From contig NW_027361792.1 in assembly GCF_039654945.1 (NCBI RefSeq), positions 5,456,001 through 5,520,000 on the forward strand: 64,000 bases of DNA, in the 5' to 3' direction. The notes under the pieces are model-generated. The model made no database searches. It saw only the letters and a list, made by a program, of their open reading frames with translations, and was not told the DNA's origin. The stretch's first letter is position 1; every line of letters begins with the position of its first letter. The translations under genes were made by a program, and so were the position numbers. Origin of the DNA: Dendrobates tinctorius. Lineage: Eukaryota. Below are positions 13,401-22,691 of the stretch, in pieces.

Positions 13401-16400
13401 CAAACTGGTCTGCTGTGCTCAAACTTGCCCGCTGCACTCAAACTGGTCTGCTGTGCTCAAACTGGCCTGCTGCGTTCAAACTGGTCTGCTGCGCTCAAAC
13501 TGGTCTGCTGCGCTCAAACTGGTCTGCTGCGCTCAAACTGGTCTGCTGCGCTCAAACTGGTCTGCTGCGCTCAAACTGGCCTGCTGCGCTCAAACTGGCC
13601 TGCTGCGCTCAAACTCACCTGCTGCTCTCAAACTGGTCTGCTGCGCTCAAACTGGTCTGCTGCGCTCAAACTGGCCTGCTGCGCTCAAACTGGTCTGCTG
13701 CGCTCAAACTGGCCTGCTGCGCTCAAACTGGCCTGCTGCGCTCAAACTGGCCTGCTGCGCTCAAACTGGCCTGCTGTGCTCAGACTGGCCTGCTGTGCTC
13801 AGACTGGCCTGCTGTGCTCAGACTGGTCTGCTGTGCTCAGACTGGTCTGCTGCTCTCAAACTGGCCTGCTGCGCTCAAACTGGCCTGCTGCGCTCAAACT
13901 GGCCTGCTGCGCTCAAACTGGTCTGCTGCGTTCAAACTGGCCTGCTGCGCTCAAACTGGTCTGCTGCGCTCAAACTGGCCTGCTGCGCTCAAACTGGCCT
14001 GCTGCGCTCAAACTCACCTGCTGCTCTCAAACTGGTCTGCTGCGCTCAAACTGGTCTGCTGCGCTCAAACTGGTCTGCTGCGCTCAAACTGGTCTGCTGC
14101 GCTCAAACTGGCCTGCTGCGCTCAAACTGGCCTACTGCGCTCAAACTGGCCTGCTGCGCTCAGACTGGCCTGCTGTGCTCAGACTGGCCTGCTGTGCTCA
14201 GACTGGTCTGCTGCTCTCAAACTGGTCTGCTGCGCTCAAACTGGCCTGCTGCGCTCAAACTGGCCTGCTGCGTTCAAACTGGCCTGCTGCGCTCAAACTG
14301 GTCTGCTGCGCTCAAACTGGCCTGCTGCGCTCAAACTGGCCTGCTGCGCTCAAACTCACCTGCTGCTCTCAAACTGGTCTGCTGTGTTCAGACTGGTCTG
14401 CTGCACTCAAACTGGTCTGCTGTGTTCAGACTGGTCTGCTGCACTCAAAATGGTCTGCTGCACTCAAAATGGTCTGCTGCTCTCAAACTGGCCTGCTGCT
14501 CTCAAACTGGCCTGCTGCTCTCAAACTGGCCTGCTGCTCTCAAACTGGCCTGCTGCTCTCAAACTGGCCTGCTGCTCTCAAACTGGCCTGCTGCGCTCAA
14601 ACTGGCCTGCTGCGCTCAAACTGGCCTGCTGCGCTCAAACTGGCCTGCTGCGCTCAAACTGGTCTGCTGCGCTCAAACTGGCCTGCTGCGCTCAAAATGG
14701 CCTGCTGCGCTCAAAATGGCCTGCTGCGCTCAAAATGGCCTGCTGCGCTCAAACTGGCCTGCTGCCCTCAAACTGGCCTGCTGCCCTCAAACTGGCCTGC
14801 TGCCCTCAAACTGGTCTGCTGCCCTCAAACTGGTCTGCTGCCCTCAAACTGGTCTGCTGCCCTCAAACTGGCCCACTGCTCTCAAACTGGTGGGCTGTAC
14901 TCAAACTAGCCCGCTGCACTCAAACTGGCCTGCTGTGCTCAAAATGGTCCACTGCTCTCAAACTCGCCTGCTGCGCTCAAACTGTCCTGCTGCTCTCAAA
15001 CTGGTCTGCTGTGTTCAGACTGGTCTGCTGCGCTCAAACTGGTCTGCTGCGCTCAAACTGGTCTGCTGCGCTCAAACTGGCCCACTGCTCTCAAACTGGT
15101 GGGCTGTGCTCAAACTGGTCTGCTGTGCTCAAACTTGCCCGCTGCACTCAAACTGGTCTGCTGCGCTCAAACTGGCCCACTGCTCTCAAACTGGTCTGCT
15201 GTGCTCAAACTGGCCTGCTGCGCTCAAACTGGCCTGCTGCGCTCAAACTGGCCTGCTGCGTTCAAACTGGCCTGCTGCGCTCAAACTGGTCTGCTGCGTT
15301 CAAACTGGCCTGCTGCGCTCAAACTGGTCTGCTGCGCTCAAACTGGCCTGCTGCGCTCAAACTGGTCTGCTGCGCTCAAACTGGCCTGCTGTGCTCAAAC
15401 TGGCCTGCTGCGCTCAAACTGGCCTGCTGCGCACAAACTGGTCTGCTGCGCTCAAACTGGTCTGCTGCGCTCAAACTGGTCTGCTGTGCTCAAAATGGTC
15501 TGCTGTGCTCAAACTGGCCTGCTGCTCTCAAACTGGCATGCTGCGCTCAAACTGGTCTGCTGTGCTCAAACTGGTCTGCTGCGCTCAAACTGGCATGCTG
15601 CGCTCAAACTGGTCTGCTGCGCTCAAACTGGCATGCTGCGCTCAAACTGGCCTGCTGCGCTCAAACTGGCCTGCTGCGCTCAAAATGGTCTGCTGCGCTC
15701 AGACTGGCCTGCTGCGCTCAGACTAGTGAACCTGTCTGCATCCTACTGACCTCGATACATCCTGTAAGTAGAAAGTTTCGTCTACTATATCAGCAGCGCA
15801 AGGGAAGCTGGCAGGTTGTCTGAGAAGATAATAGTTCTGCAGATACCTCTGTGGATGGACTCACCTGAGGTGCTATTGACACAGAATGTGGATCTGATGT
15901 TCGGACAGTCTCTGATCAAAATACCAACATTATAATCAGAACACGCTTTAAATGGTGTCAGACGGAGCATGACAAGCCTCCTCTCCTCTATCCAGCCCCA
16001 CCTGGTTTAAAAAAGAAAGTTACATATCAGCTTTACTGTACATTTTCCCCCACGAAACAAAACCTCCCACCTCTCATTGCTGCAAACGATAGAGACTAAG
16101 GCTATGTGCACACGGTGCGGATCCTCCCGCCGATTTTTCCTGCGGATTTCTTCCTTTTTTTTGCAGTTTTACTGCGGTTTTCCACCTGCGGATTTGTAGA
16201 ATGGAGCAGGTGAAAAACTGCAGCAAAACCGCACAAAAGAAGTCACATGCTGCTTTTTATTTTCCGCACAAAAACAGCGCGGAAAAATCCGCAGCATGTG
16301 CACCGCGCTTTTTTTTTTTTTACATACGCTATAATGGTACTGTACATCACCTGCAGTTCTGCTGCGGATCCGCAGTAGAAACCGCACCGTGTGCACAGAG

Positions 16401-19400
16401 CCTTAGTGGTCCTCCATCTCTAATAGTAGAGTATCTTTTTAATGCAAAAAGTAACATAGTAACATAGTTATTAAGGTTGAAGGGAGACTTTAAGTCCATC
16501 TAGTTCAAACCATATCCTGTCCTAACTTGCCCTAACATGTTGATCCAGAGGAAGGCAAAAAAAACCCATGTGGCAAACAGTACGCTTCACACTGAGGGAA
16601 AAAATTCCTTCCCGACTCCACATACGGCAATCAGACTAGCTCCCTGGATCAACGCAATATTAATGAGACTAGTGTATATACCCTGTAATATTATACTTTT
16701 CAAGAAAGGCATCCAGTCCCTTCTTAAATTTTATTAGGGAATCACTCATTACAGCATCATATGGCAGAGAGTTCCATAGTCTCACTGCTCGTACAGTAAA
16801 GAATCCGCGTCTGTGAGTATGCTTAAACCTTCTTTCCTCCAGACGTAGAGGATGCCCCCTTGTCCCCGTCACAGGTCTAAGAGTAAAAAGATCATTAGAA
16901 AGGTCTTTGTATTGTCCCCGCATATATTTATACATTGTAATAAGATCACCCCTAAGCCTTCGATTTTCCAAACTAAATAACCCCAAGAGTAATAACCTGT
17001 CTTGGTATTGCAGACCCCCAGTTCCCTAATAACCTTGGTCGCTCTTCTCTGCACCCGCTCCAGTTCAGCTATGTCTTTCTTATACACCGGAGACCAGAAC
17101 TGTACACAGTATTCTAAGTGTGGTCGCACTAGTGACTTATATAGAGGTAAAATTATGTTCTCCTCATGAGCATCTATGCCTCTTTTAATGCATCCCATTA
17201 TTTTATTTGCCTTTGCAGCAGCTGCCTGACACTGGCCACTAAATGTGAGTTTGTCGTCCACCCATACACCCAGGTCCTTTTCAGTGACAGTTTTGCCCAG
17301 TGTTTTACAATTAAGCACATAATTATACATCTTGTTCATTCTACCCAAGTGCATGACCTTACATTTATCCCCATTAAAGCTCATTTGCCATTTATCAGCC
17401 CAAGCTTCTAGTTTACATAAATCCTCCTGTAATATAAAATTGTCCTCCTCTGTATTGATTACCCTGCAGAGTTTAGTGTCATCTGCAAATATTGAAATTC
17501 TACTCTCTATGCCCCCTACAAGGTCATTAATAAATATGTTGAAAAGAAGCAGGCCCAATACTGACCCCTGTGGTACCCCACTGCTAACCGTGACCCAGTC
17601 CGAGTGTGCTCCATTAATAACCACCCTTTGTTTCCTATCCCTGAGCCAGCTGTTAACCCACCTACACATATTTTCCCCTATCCCCAATGTTCTCATTTTA
17701 TGTATCAACCTTTTGTGTGGCACCGCATCAAAAGCTTTTGAAAAGTCCATGTACACCACGTCCACTGCATTCCCTTGGTCCAGTCCTGAACTTACCTCTT
17801 CATAAAAGCTTATCAGATTAGTCTGACAGGAACTGTCCCTTGTAAACCCATGTTGATATTGGGTCATGAGGTTATTCTTCTCTAGATACTCCAGTATAGT
17901 ATCTCTTAGAAAACCCTCCAGGATTTTACCCACAGTTGAGGTTAAACTTACTGGCCCATAATTTCCAAGTTCAGCTTTTGTCCCCTAGAAAAAGCTATTG
18001 AATCACCCTGTATTGAAAATTTAAGGAAAAAGATTGCTTATTCATAGAATCACAGAATGTTAGAGTTGGAAGGGTCCTCCAGGGTCATCGCTTTTAACCC
18101 CCTGCTCAATGCAGGACTCACTAAACCATCTCAGACAGATGTCTGTCCAGCCTCTGAAGACTTCCATTGAAGGAGAACTCACCACCTCACGTGGCCGCCT
18201 GTTTCACTCATTGATCACCCTCACTGTCAAAAAGTTTTTTTCTAATATCTAATCTGTATCTTTCCCCATTCAGTTTCATCCCAGTGCTCCTCATGTTTCC
18301 ATGTGCAAATGAGAATAATGATGATCCTTCTACACGGTGACAGCCCTTCAGATATTTGTAGACAGCTGTTAAGTCTCCTCTTCTTTTTTTGCAAACTAAA
18401 CATTCCCAGATTCTTAAACCGTTCCTCCTAGGACATACTTTGCAGTCCACTCACCATTCTGGTCGCTCTTCTCTGAACTTGCTCCAGTTTTTCAATGTCT
18501 TTTTTAAAATTGTGGTGCCCAGAACTGGACCCAGTATTCCAGATGAGGTCTGACCAAAGAGGAGTAGAGGGGGATAATTACTTCACGTGATCTAGACTCT
18601 ATGCTTCTCTTAATACATCCTAGAACTGTGTTTGCCTTTTTTGCCGCTGCATCACACTGATGACTCATGTGCAGTCTGTGATCAATTAGTATACCCAAGT
18701 CTTTTTCACATGTGCTGTTGCTTAGTTCTATTCCTCCCATTCTGTAGATGTAATTTTCATTTTTCTTGCCCAGATGTAGAATCTTGCATTTCTCCCCATT
18801 AAATACCATTCTACTAGTCGCTGCCCATTGTTCAAGCTTACCTAGATCCTTCTGAATCCTCTCTCTCTTCTATAGTGTTAGCCATCCCTCCTAGCTTTAC
18901 ATCGTTTGCAAATTTGATTAGTTTACCTTCAGTTCCCTTATCTAGATCATTTACAAAAAATGTTGAACAACACTGGTGACAGGACAGAACTTTGTGGTTC
19001 CCCACTGGAAACACTCTTCCAATTGGATGTGCAACCATTTATTACCACTCTTTGAGTACGATGACCGAGCCAGTTATGAACCCACCTAACCATAGTCTTG
19101 TCAATTCCAAACTTGGTCATTTTTTCAATAAATATAAATGAGATACTTCATCAAATGCTTTGCTGAAGTTGAGGTATACAGTACTATATCTACCGCATTT
19201 CCCTGATCCACACAGTCAGTGATTCCATCATAGAAGGAAATTACATTAGTCTGACATGACTTGTTTGCTGCAAACCCTAAATACTGTATTCTTATCCAAG
19301 TATTAACATACATGCTGTTTAATAGTTTGTTCAAATATGTTTCCTAGTATAGAAGTACGGCTCACTGGCCTGTAATTTCCTGGCTCCGTCTTGTTTCCTA

Positions 19401-22400
19401 TTATGAAGATGGGGACAACATTTGCCCTTTTCCAATCTTCTGGTACTTCTCCTGTTCTCCACGATTTTTCAAAGATTCTGGCTAGTGGTTTTGCAATTTC
19501 CTCTGATAACTCTTTCAGTACTCTAGGATGTAATTCTTCTGTACCAGGAGATTGAAATTCAGGTAAATTCGCTAAGTGTTCCTTCACCACCTCTCTGTTT
19601 ATGGATAGCATGGATTCTTTTATTCCTTTGATGGCACCGTGAAGATCAGTCGATGTTACAATTGCTTTCTTAGAGAACACAGAAGCAAAATAGGAATTGA
19701 AAAGTTCAGCCTTCTCAACATCATTTTTGAACACTTCACCCTTTTCATCCTGTAAAGATCAGGTCATAGTTTTCCAACCCACTTAAATAGGACCGGTCTT
19801 TTTAATCTGGTGTAAATACCGCTGTTCTCCTGAATCCGACAACGTTTTTCTTTTGTTCCCGTGACTCTCTGTTCCTGAGATATGGCCTCCTCTTCACTAT
19901 ATATAAATTTAGCCTTAATAGACAACTGGGTGTGGTCCTCAAGTAGACGCCCACAAGGAACATTGTAGACTCTGCCCATTTGGCTAAAAATTCCAGATTT
20001 ATAAACAGGAAAGAGGAGGAGATATCTCAGGAACAGAGAGGCGCAGGAACACAAGAAAAACTTCTCCGGATTCAGGAGAACAGCGGCATTTACATCGGGT
20101 AATTTTTTTTTGTTACATATTTATGGCAGATGACAGATCTTCTGTAAAGCATTTATCACTTATCCACATAAATTTTGGAGGTCTGATGAAATTCCCCAGA
20201 ATTAATTTAATGGAATAAAAAAGTATTTATTAATACAGAGATGTCAGGAAAGGTAGTAAGTTCTCTCCTGACATTTCTGTATGCGAGTGGCGCACAGGGC
20301 GGCACAAATCTGACACACAGCCACGGTCATAAGCAAATTACGGGTTTTCCCATATTGTCGGCCATACTTACTTGCAGAACTCGTAGCCCTTTGTAAACGC
20401 AACAGTGATATTCTCCAGTGTCGCCAGTCTGCTGTAGTGCGCGGCACAGGCCACTTTGGCGCCATCATAGTCTACTGAGATATTATTTGGCATGAACACT
20501 CCGGAAATTACTGGTAGGAAAAAAAAAATTAAGCATATTGACATCATTGGTTTTTTTTTTAAATAAATGTTAAGGGTTAACAATGCAGGAGTTGGTTTAC
20601 ATTTCCCCGTAGAGCCTCTACAGGAGAAACAGAGCATTACAAGCTCCCATTGAAATCTATGGACTCCCTGCGCAATGAATGGACGAAACGGAAAGAAAAG
20701 AAGGTTCATGAGCACAAGATTTAGCACATTGACGGAGAGATGCTGAAATGCATATGTTAGCGTAGCGCCACACTTGGCTGTGTTTGGTATTGCAGCTGAT
20801 CTACAATGCCTGATGCAATCTATGAGCAGAAGTGGAGCTGATATATGGGGACAATCGGCCTCCAGGACCCCTCTTTCCTGGGAATAGTTCTGGCTGTCTC
20901 TTCTGTGCCGTACGCAGCCTTAAACCACCCGTTACCCCATCGTTCTCAGAATCGTAAGGGTTCTCTGATGTTGGACCGCCACTGATTGTAAAATGATGGC
21001 CAATCCTAGAAATATGCTATTGCTTTATAAGATGGAAATAAACATTTTAACTACTTCTTGAACGGTGACGAGCGTGTATGTTGGGAGTGGTAGTAAGAAG
21101 CGAGATCAGGAGTGAAGCATACACCATTCACGGTCCGCACCGGCTGTGTTATACAGCAGCGATCGGAGCTAGCTCTGATCGCTGCTATTTAGCCACAAAG
21201 CAGAGCAATCGCGCCACGTAATTGTTACGGGGGCCCATCGCATGGTCATTTTTTCTATATACCGTAACACAGTCATGTCACAGAATCCAAAATAATCAAA
21301 ACAACTTCAGGTCCCATAAGAGAACTTAAAAATAAATTAAAAATGTACAAAAATATATATAAAATATATAAACACACATGTAAATCACTCTCATAAAAAC
21401 GAGACCCAAAAAAAGAATAGATGAGTTATGGTTTATTTATTTTTTCACGATTTTATCGCACTTGGAATTTTTTTCCTGTTTTTTTTCTCACATTATATGG
21501 TACAATGAATGGCACTATTAAAAAACTGCAATTATATACCTATAACTATATAAAAAAAAAAGTTACGGCTTTGTGAAAAAGGGGAGTAAAAGACGAAAGC
21601 GCAAAAACGCGGTCTTTTTATTTCCCTGTATTTGTATCAGAATAAAGTTGATTGTCCCCCAAACAGAGATCCCCCCCAGCGACCACATACATAGGTACGC
21701 TGGGTCGGGCTTAGCATATACCTATTTTCTACGGGAAGTCAGAAGTTTTCTGCTGACAGTGTCCTCCACCAGCAGCTTATCTTCTCTGAGCACAAAAGGA
21801 TTGGGCATGTTAAAATCTAACAGCCTGATCATTTGCCAAAGGGGGAAAAAAAAAACCTTATGACACCCCTTCCCATTTCTGTTTGGCTGGTTTAAGACCC
21901 CACTGAGTCTTTGAGCCTGACTGCTTAGTTGTTTGGGGCCTTTTTGTCCCAGGGCGGGGGTCTGTGATGACCCATCACGGTTCCCCATTTTGGCGTTTTC
22001 TCCAAAGTCTCCATTGCTTTAGCCACGGAGTATATAATAAAGAAAGAGATGCAAGGTTATTAGACAGGAACCTAATATATAAGATAGACCTGAATGGGAG
22101 GTAATAAGTGTATAAAACACCGGCATACGCCTTTAAGAAGTTACCCTTTAAGGGCTCATGCGGAGTGGGGTTGCAGTATTATTAGTGAGGCAGAGATGGC
22201 GGGTTTTTTTCGTAAGCCATTCTGTCTATTGCAAAACTATAAGAAAATGCTCTTGGGCTCTAATGCAAAATCTATAAAGAGGGGCCGCATTACAACTGGA
22301 TTTTTTATGTGCCGGCATATAATTGGTTCAACCTGGGGCCCAGGAGGTAAGGGGGCCACTAACACCTCCAATGCAGGTGGAATTGTGCATTATGTGGAGC

Positions 22401-22691
22401 TATTGGACTACAGAAGGGCCCATATATTGTTATTTTGCACAGGGGCTTCTTCTGTCTGTGTCCGCCAGTGTGTAGAGGGGCTTTTAGCTCCCCTCTGTTT
22501 TAATTGTTACCTCTGCACCCAATATAGCATAGTCCCTTGGTTACAGCCACAGTTGCCAAAATAGGGTAGAAAAAAAGCAGAGTGCTACGGCCAAGACCTG
22601 GTGGGATCGTCTCACCTTGTATGGGGTCTGCAGACGATGAGATTCCGATGACCGAGATGAGAACGCAGAGGTGTAAGGTTGGGGGAATCAT
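5276..22691 (-). CDS. Uncharacterised type I membrane protein with two tandem Link modules (CD44/LYVE1-like), 8 coding exons, 317 aa
   Basis: Exons 22691-22616, 20510-20372, 16001-15865, 9303-9165, 8608-8496, 6997-6965, 5901-5823, 5513-5276. All introns are GT-AG with compatible phases; total 954 nt, open to TGA. Protein: MIPPTLHLCVLISVIGISSSADPIQ VISGVFMPNNISVDYDGAKVACAAHYSRLATLENITVAFTKGYEFCK WGWIEERRLVMLRLTPFKACSDYNVGILIRDCPNIRSTFCVNSTS GMIQILPIPTSLVPSYENANKTCTGSGLTIATKEEMEENKGLITNSS SLAWYNWGVGKVSGGNFEQNSCDDTISQGSAFCYNPA LSDVLVTKDNR TWKKIAIGCIIAFIFVVLLLTAAFMRG NKCICCMGEK...FDNIGEV. Confidence 0.85.
5823..5901 (-). CDS. Link-receptor gene exon 7: transmembrane helix
   Basis: WKKIAIGCIIAFIFVVLLLTAAFMRG; 79 nt, phase 1->2; ttatttacag acceptor, GG|GTGAGT donor. 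Confidence 0.85.
6122..6495. mobile_element. Palindromic MITE (TTAA-flanked, Kolobok/T2-like)
   Basis: Imperfect inverted arms (tacttttatccatatg / catatggataaaagta); TTAA at both ends. Confidence 0.55.
6965..6997 (-). CDS. Link-receptor gene exon 6: 33-nt stalk micro-exon
   Basis: gttttgttctcttacag acceptor and A|GTAAGT donor; frame-preserving phase 1->1; encodes LSDVLVTKDNR. Confidence 0.65.
7752..8420 (+). repeat. ~90-bp satellite, ~7 copies
   Basis: Unit GTGAGCTGTGACATCACCTATTGTGAATGGTGGATCCTGTG...CAGGAGGAGGAG. Confidence 0.92.
8496..8608 (-). CDS. Link-receptor gene exon 5: divergent Link module 2, C-half
   Basis: SLAWYNWG...SAFCYNP ends with a Link-type AFCY motif; pyrimidine tract plus CAGCAG acceptor, T|GTAAGT donor. 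Confidence 0.8.
9165..9303 (-). CDS. Link-receptor gene exon 4: divergent Link module 2, N-half
   Basis: 139 nt, phase 1->2, same size and phase as exon 2; SYENANKTC....IATKEEM aligns with DYDGAKVAC....LATLENI; cattcag acceptor, AG|GTAAGA donor. Confidence 0.8.
9337..15725. repeat. 19-bp minisatellite (CTCAAACTGGYCTGCTGCG)n, ~335 copies, filling intron 3 of the Link gene
   Basis: Visible periodicity; produces the spurious CCAQTGLLRSNW ORFs in all three + frames. Confidence 0.97.
15865..16001 (-). CDS. Link-receptor gene exon 3: Link module 1, C-half
   Basis: WGWIEERRLVMLRLTPFKAC...VGI...TFCVNS aligns with the Link C-half (cf. CD44 YGFIEGHVVIPRIHPNSIC...GV...TYCFNAS); aaaccag acceptor, G|GTGAGT donor. 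Confidence 0.9.
16097..16405. mobile_element. Palindromic MITE (T2/Kolobok-like); related copies near 7093-7595, 25329-25762 and 46467-46808
   Basis: TIRs aggctatgtgcacacggtgcgg / ccgcaccgtgtgcacagagcct. Confidence 0.65.
16451..17985 (-). mobile_element. CR1 LINE, 5'-truncated, RT domain nearly intact (one frameshift near 17020)
   Basis: ORF 16869-17933 has QHGF, DFSKAFD, GVPQGSVLG, FADD and LVRPHLEY; continues in ORF 16669-16986 (RRLRGDLI, TRGH); 3' (CTATGTTA)n tail at 16451-16470. Confidence 0.93.
18042..19757 (-). mobile_element. Older, degraded CR1 LINE of a different subfamily
   Basis: Fragmented ORF2 (KAELFNSYFASVF, VPEDWKRANVVPI, NYRPVS, LVRPHLEY); 3' ATTCTGTGATTCTATGA tail typical of CR1. 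Confidence 0.9.
19780..20145. mobile_element. Palindromic non-autonomous DNA transposon; second copy at about 49265-49595
   Basis: Inverted arms ccgctgttctcctgaatccg / cggattcaggagaacagcgg in both copies. Confidence 0.65.
20372..20510 (-). CDS. Link-receptor gene exon 2: Link module 1, N-half
   Basis: Poly-T tract plus ctaccag acceptor; GVF...Y..A...C.....LAT......A...GYEFCK matches the Link consensus; donor AA|GTAAGT, phase 2 as in CD44. Confidence 0.9.
22616..22691 (-). CDS. Link-receptor gene coding exon 1: signal peptide
   Basis: gtcagcATG start; MIPPTLHLCVLISVIGISSSADPIQ has a hydrophobic core and small-residue cleavage region; donor G|GTGAGA, phase 1. Confidence 0.75.

Noticed and set aside
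9312-15823. Very long Cys-rich ORFs (up to 814 aa) on the + strand
   Set aside because: Translation of a stop-poor 19-bp satellite, open in all three frames
21722-21988. 88-aa ORF in intron 1 of the Link gene as a possible exon
   Set aside because: No recognisable domain, resembles MITE sequence, and exons 1 and 2 already join in phase
5276-22691. Naming the Link gene CD44 or LYVE1
   Set aside because: Two Link modules, no mucin stalk, no flanking third-disulfide Cys and an unrelated tail; orthology cannot be supported from sequence alone
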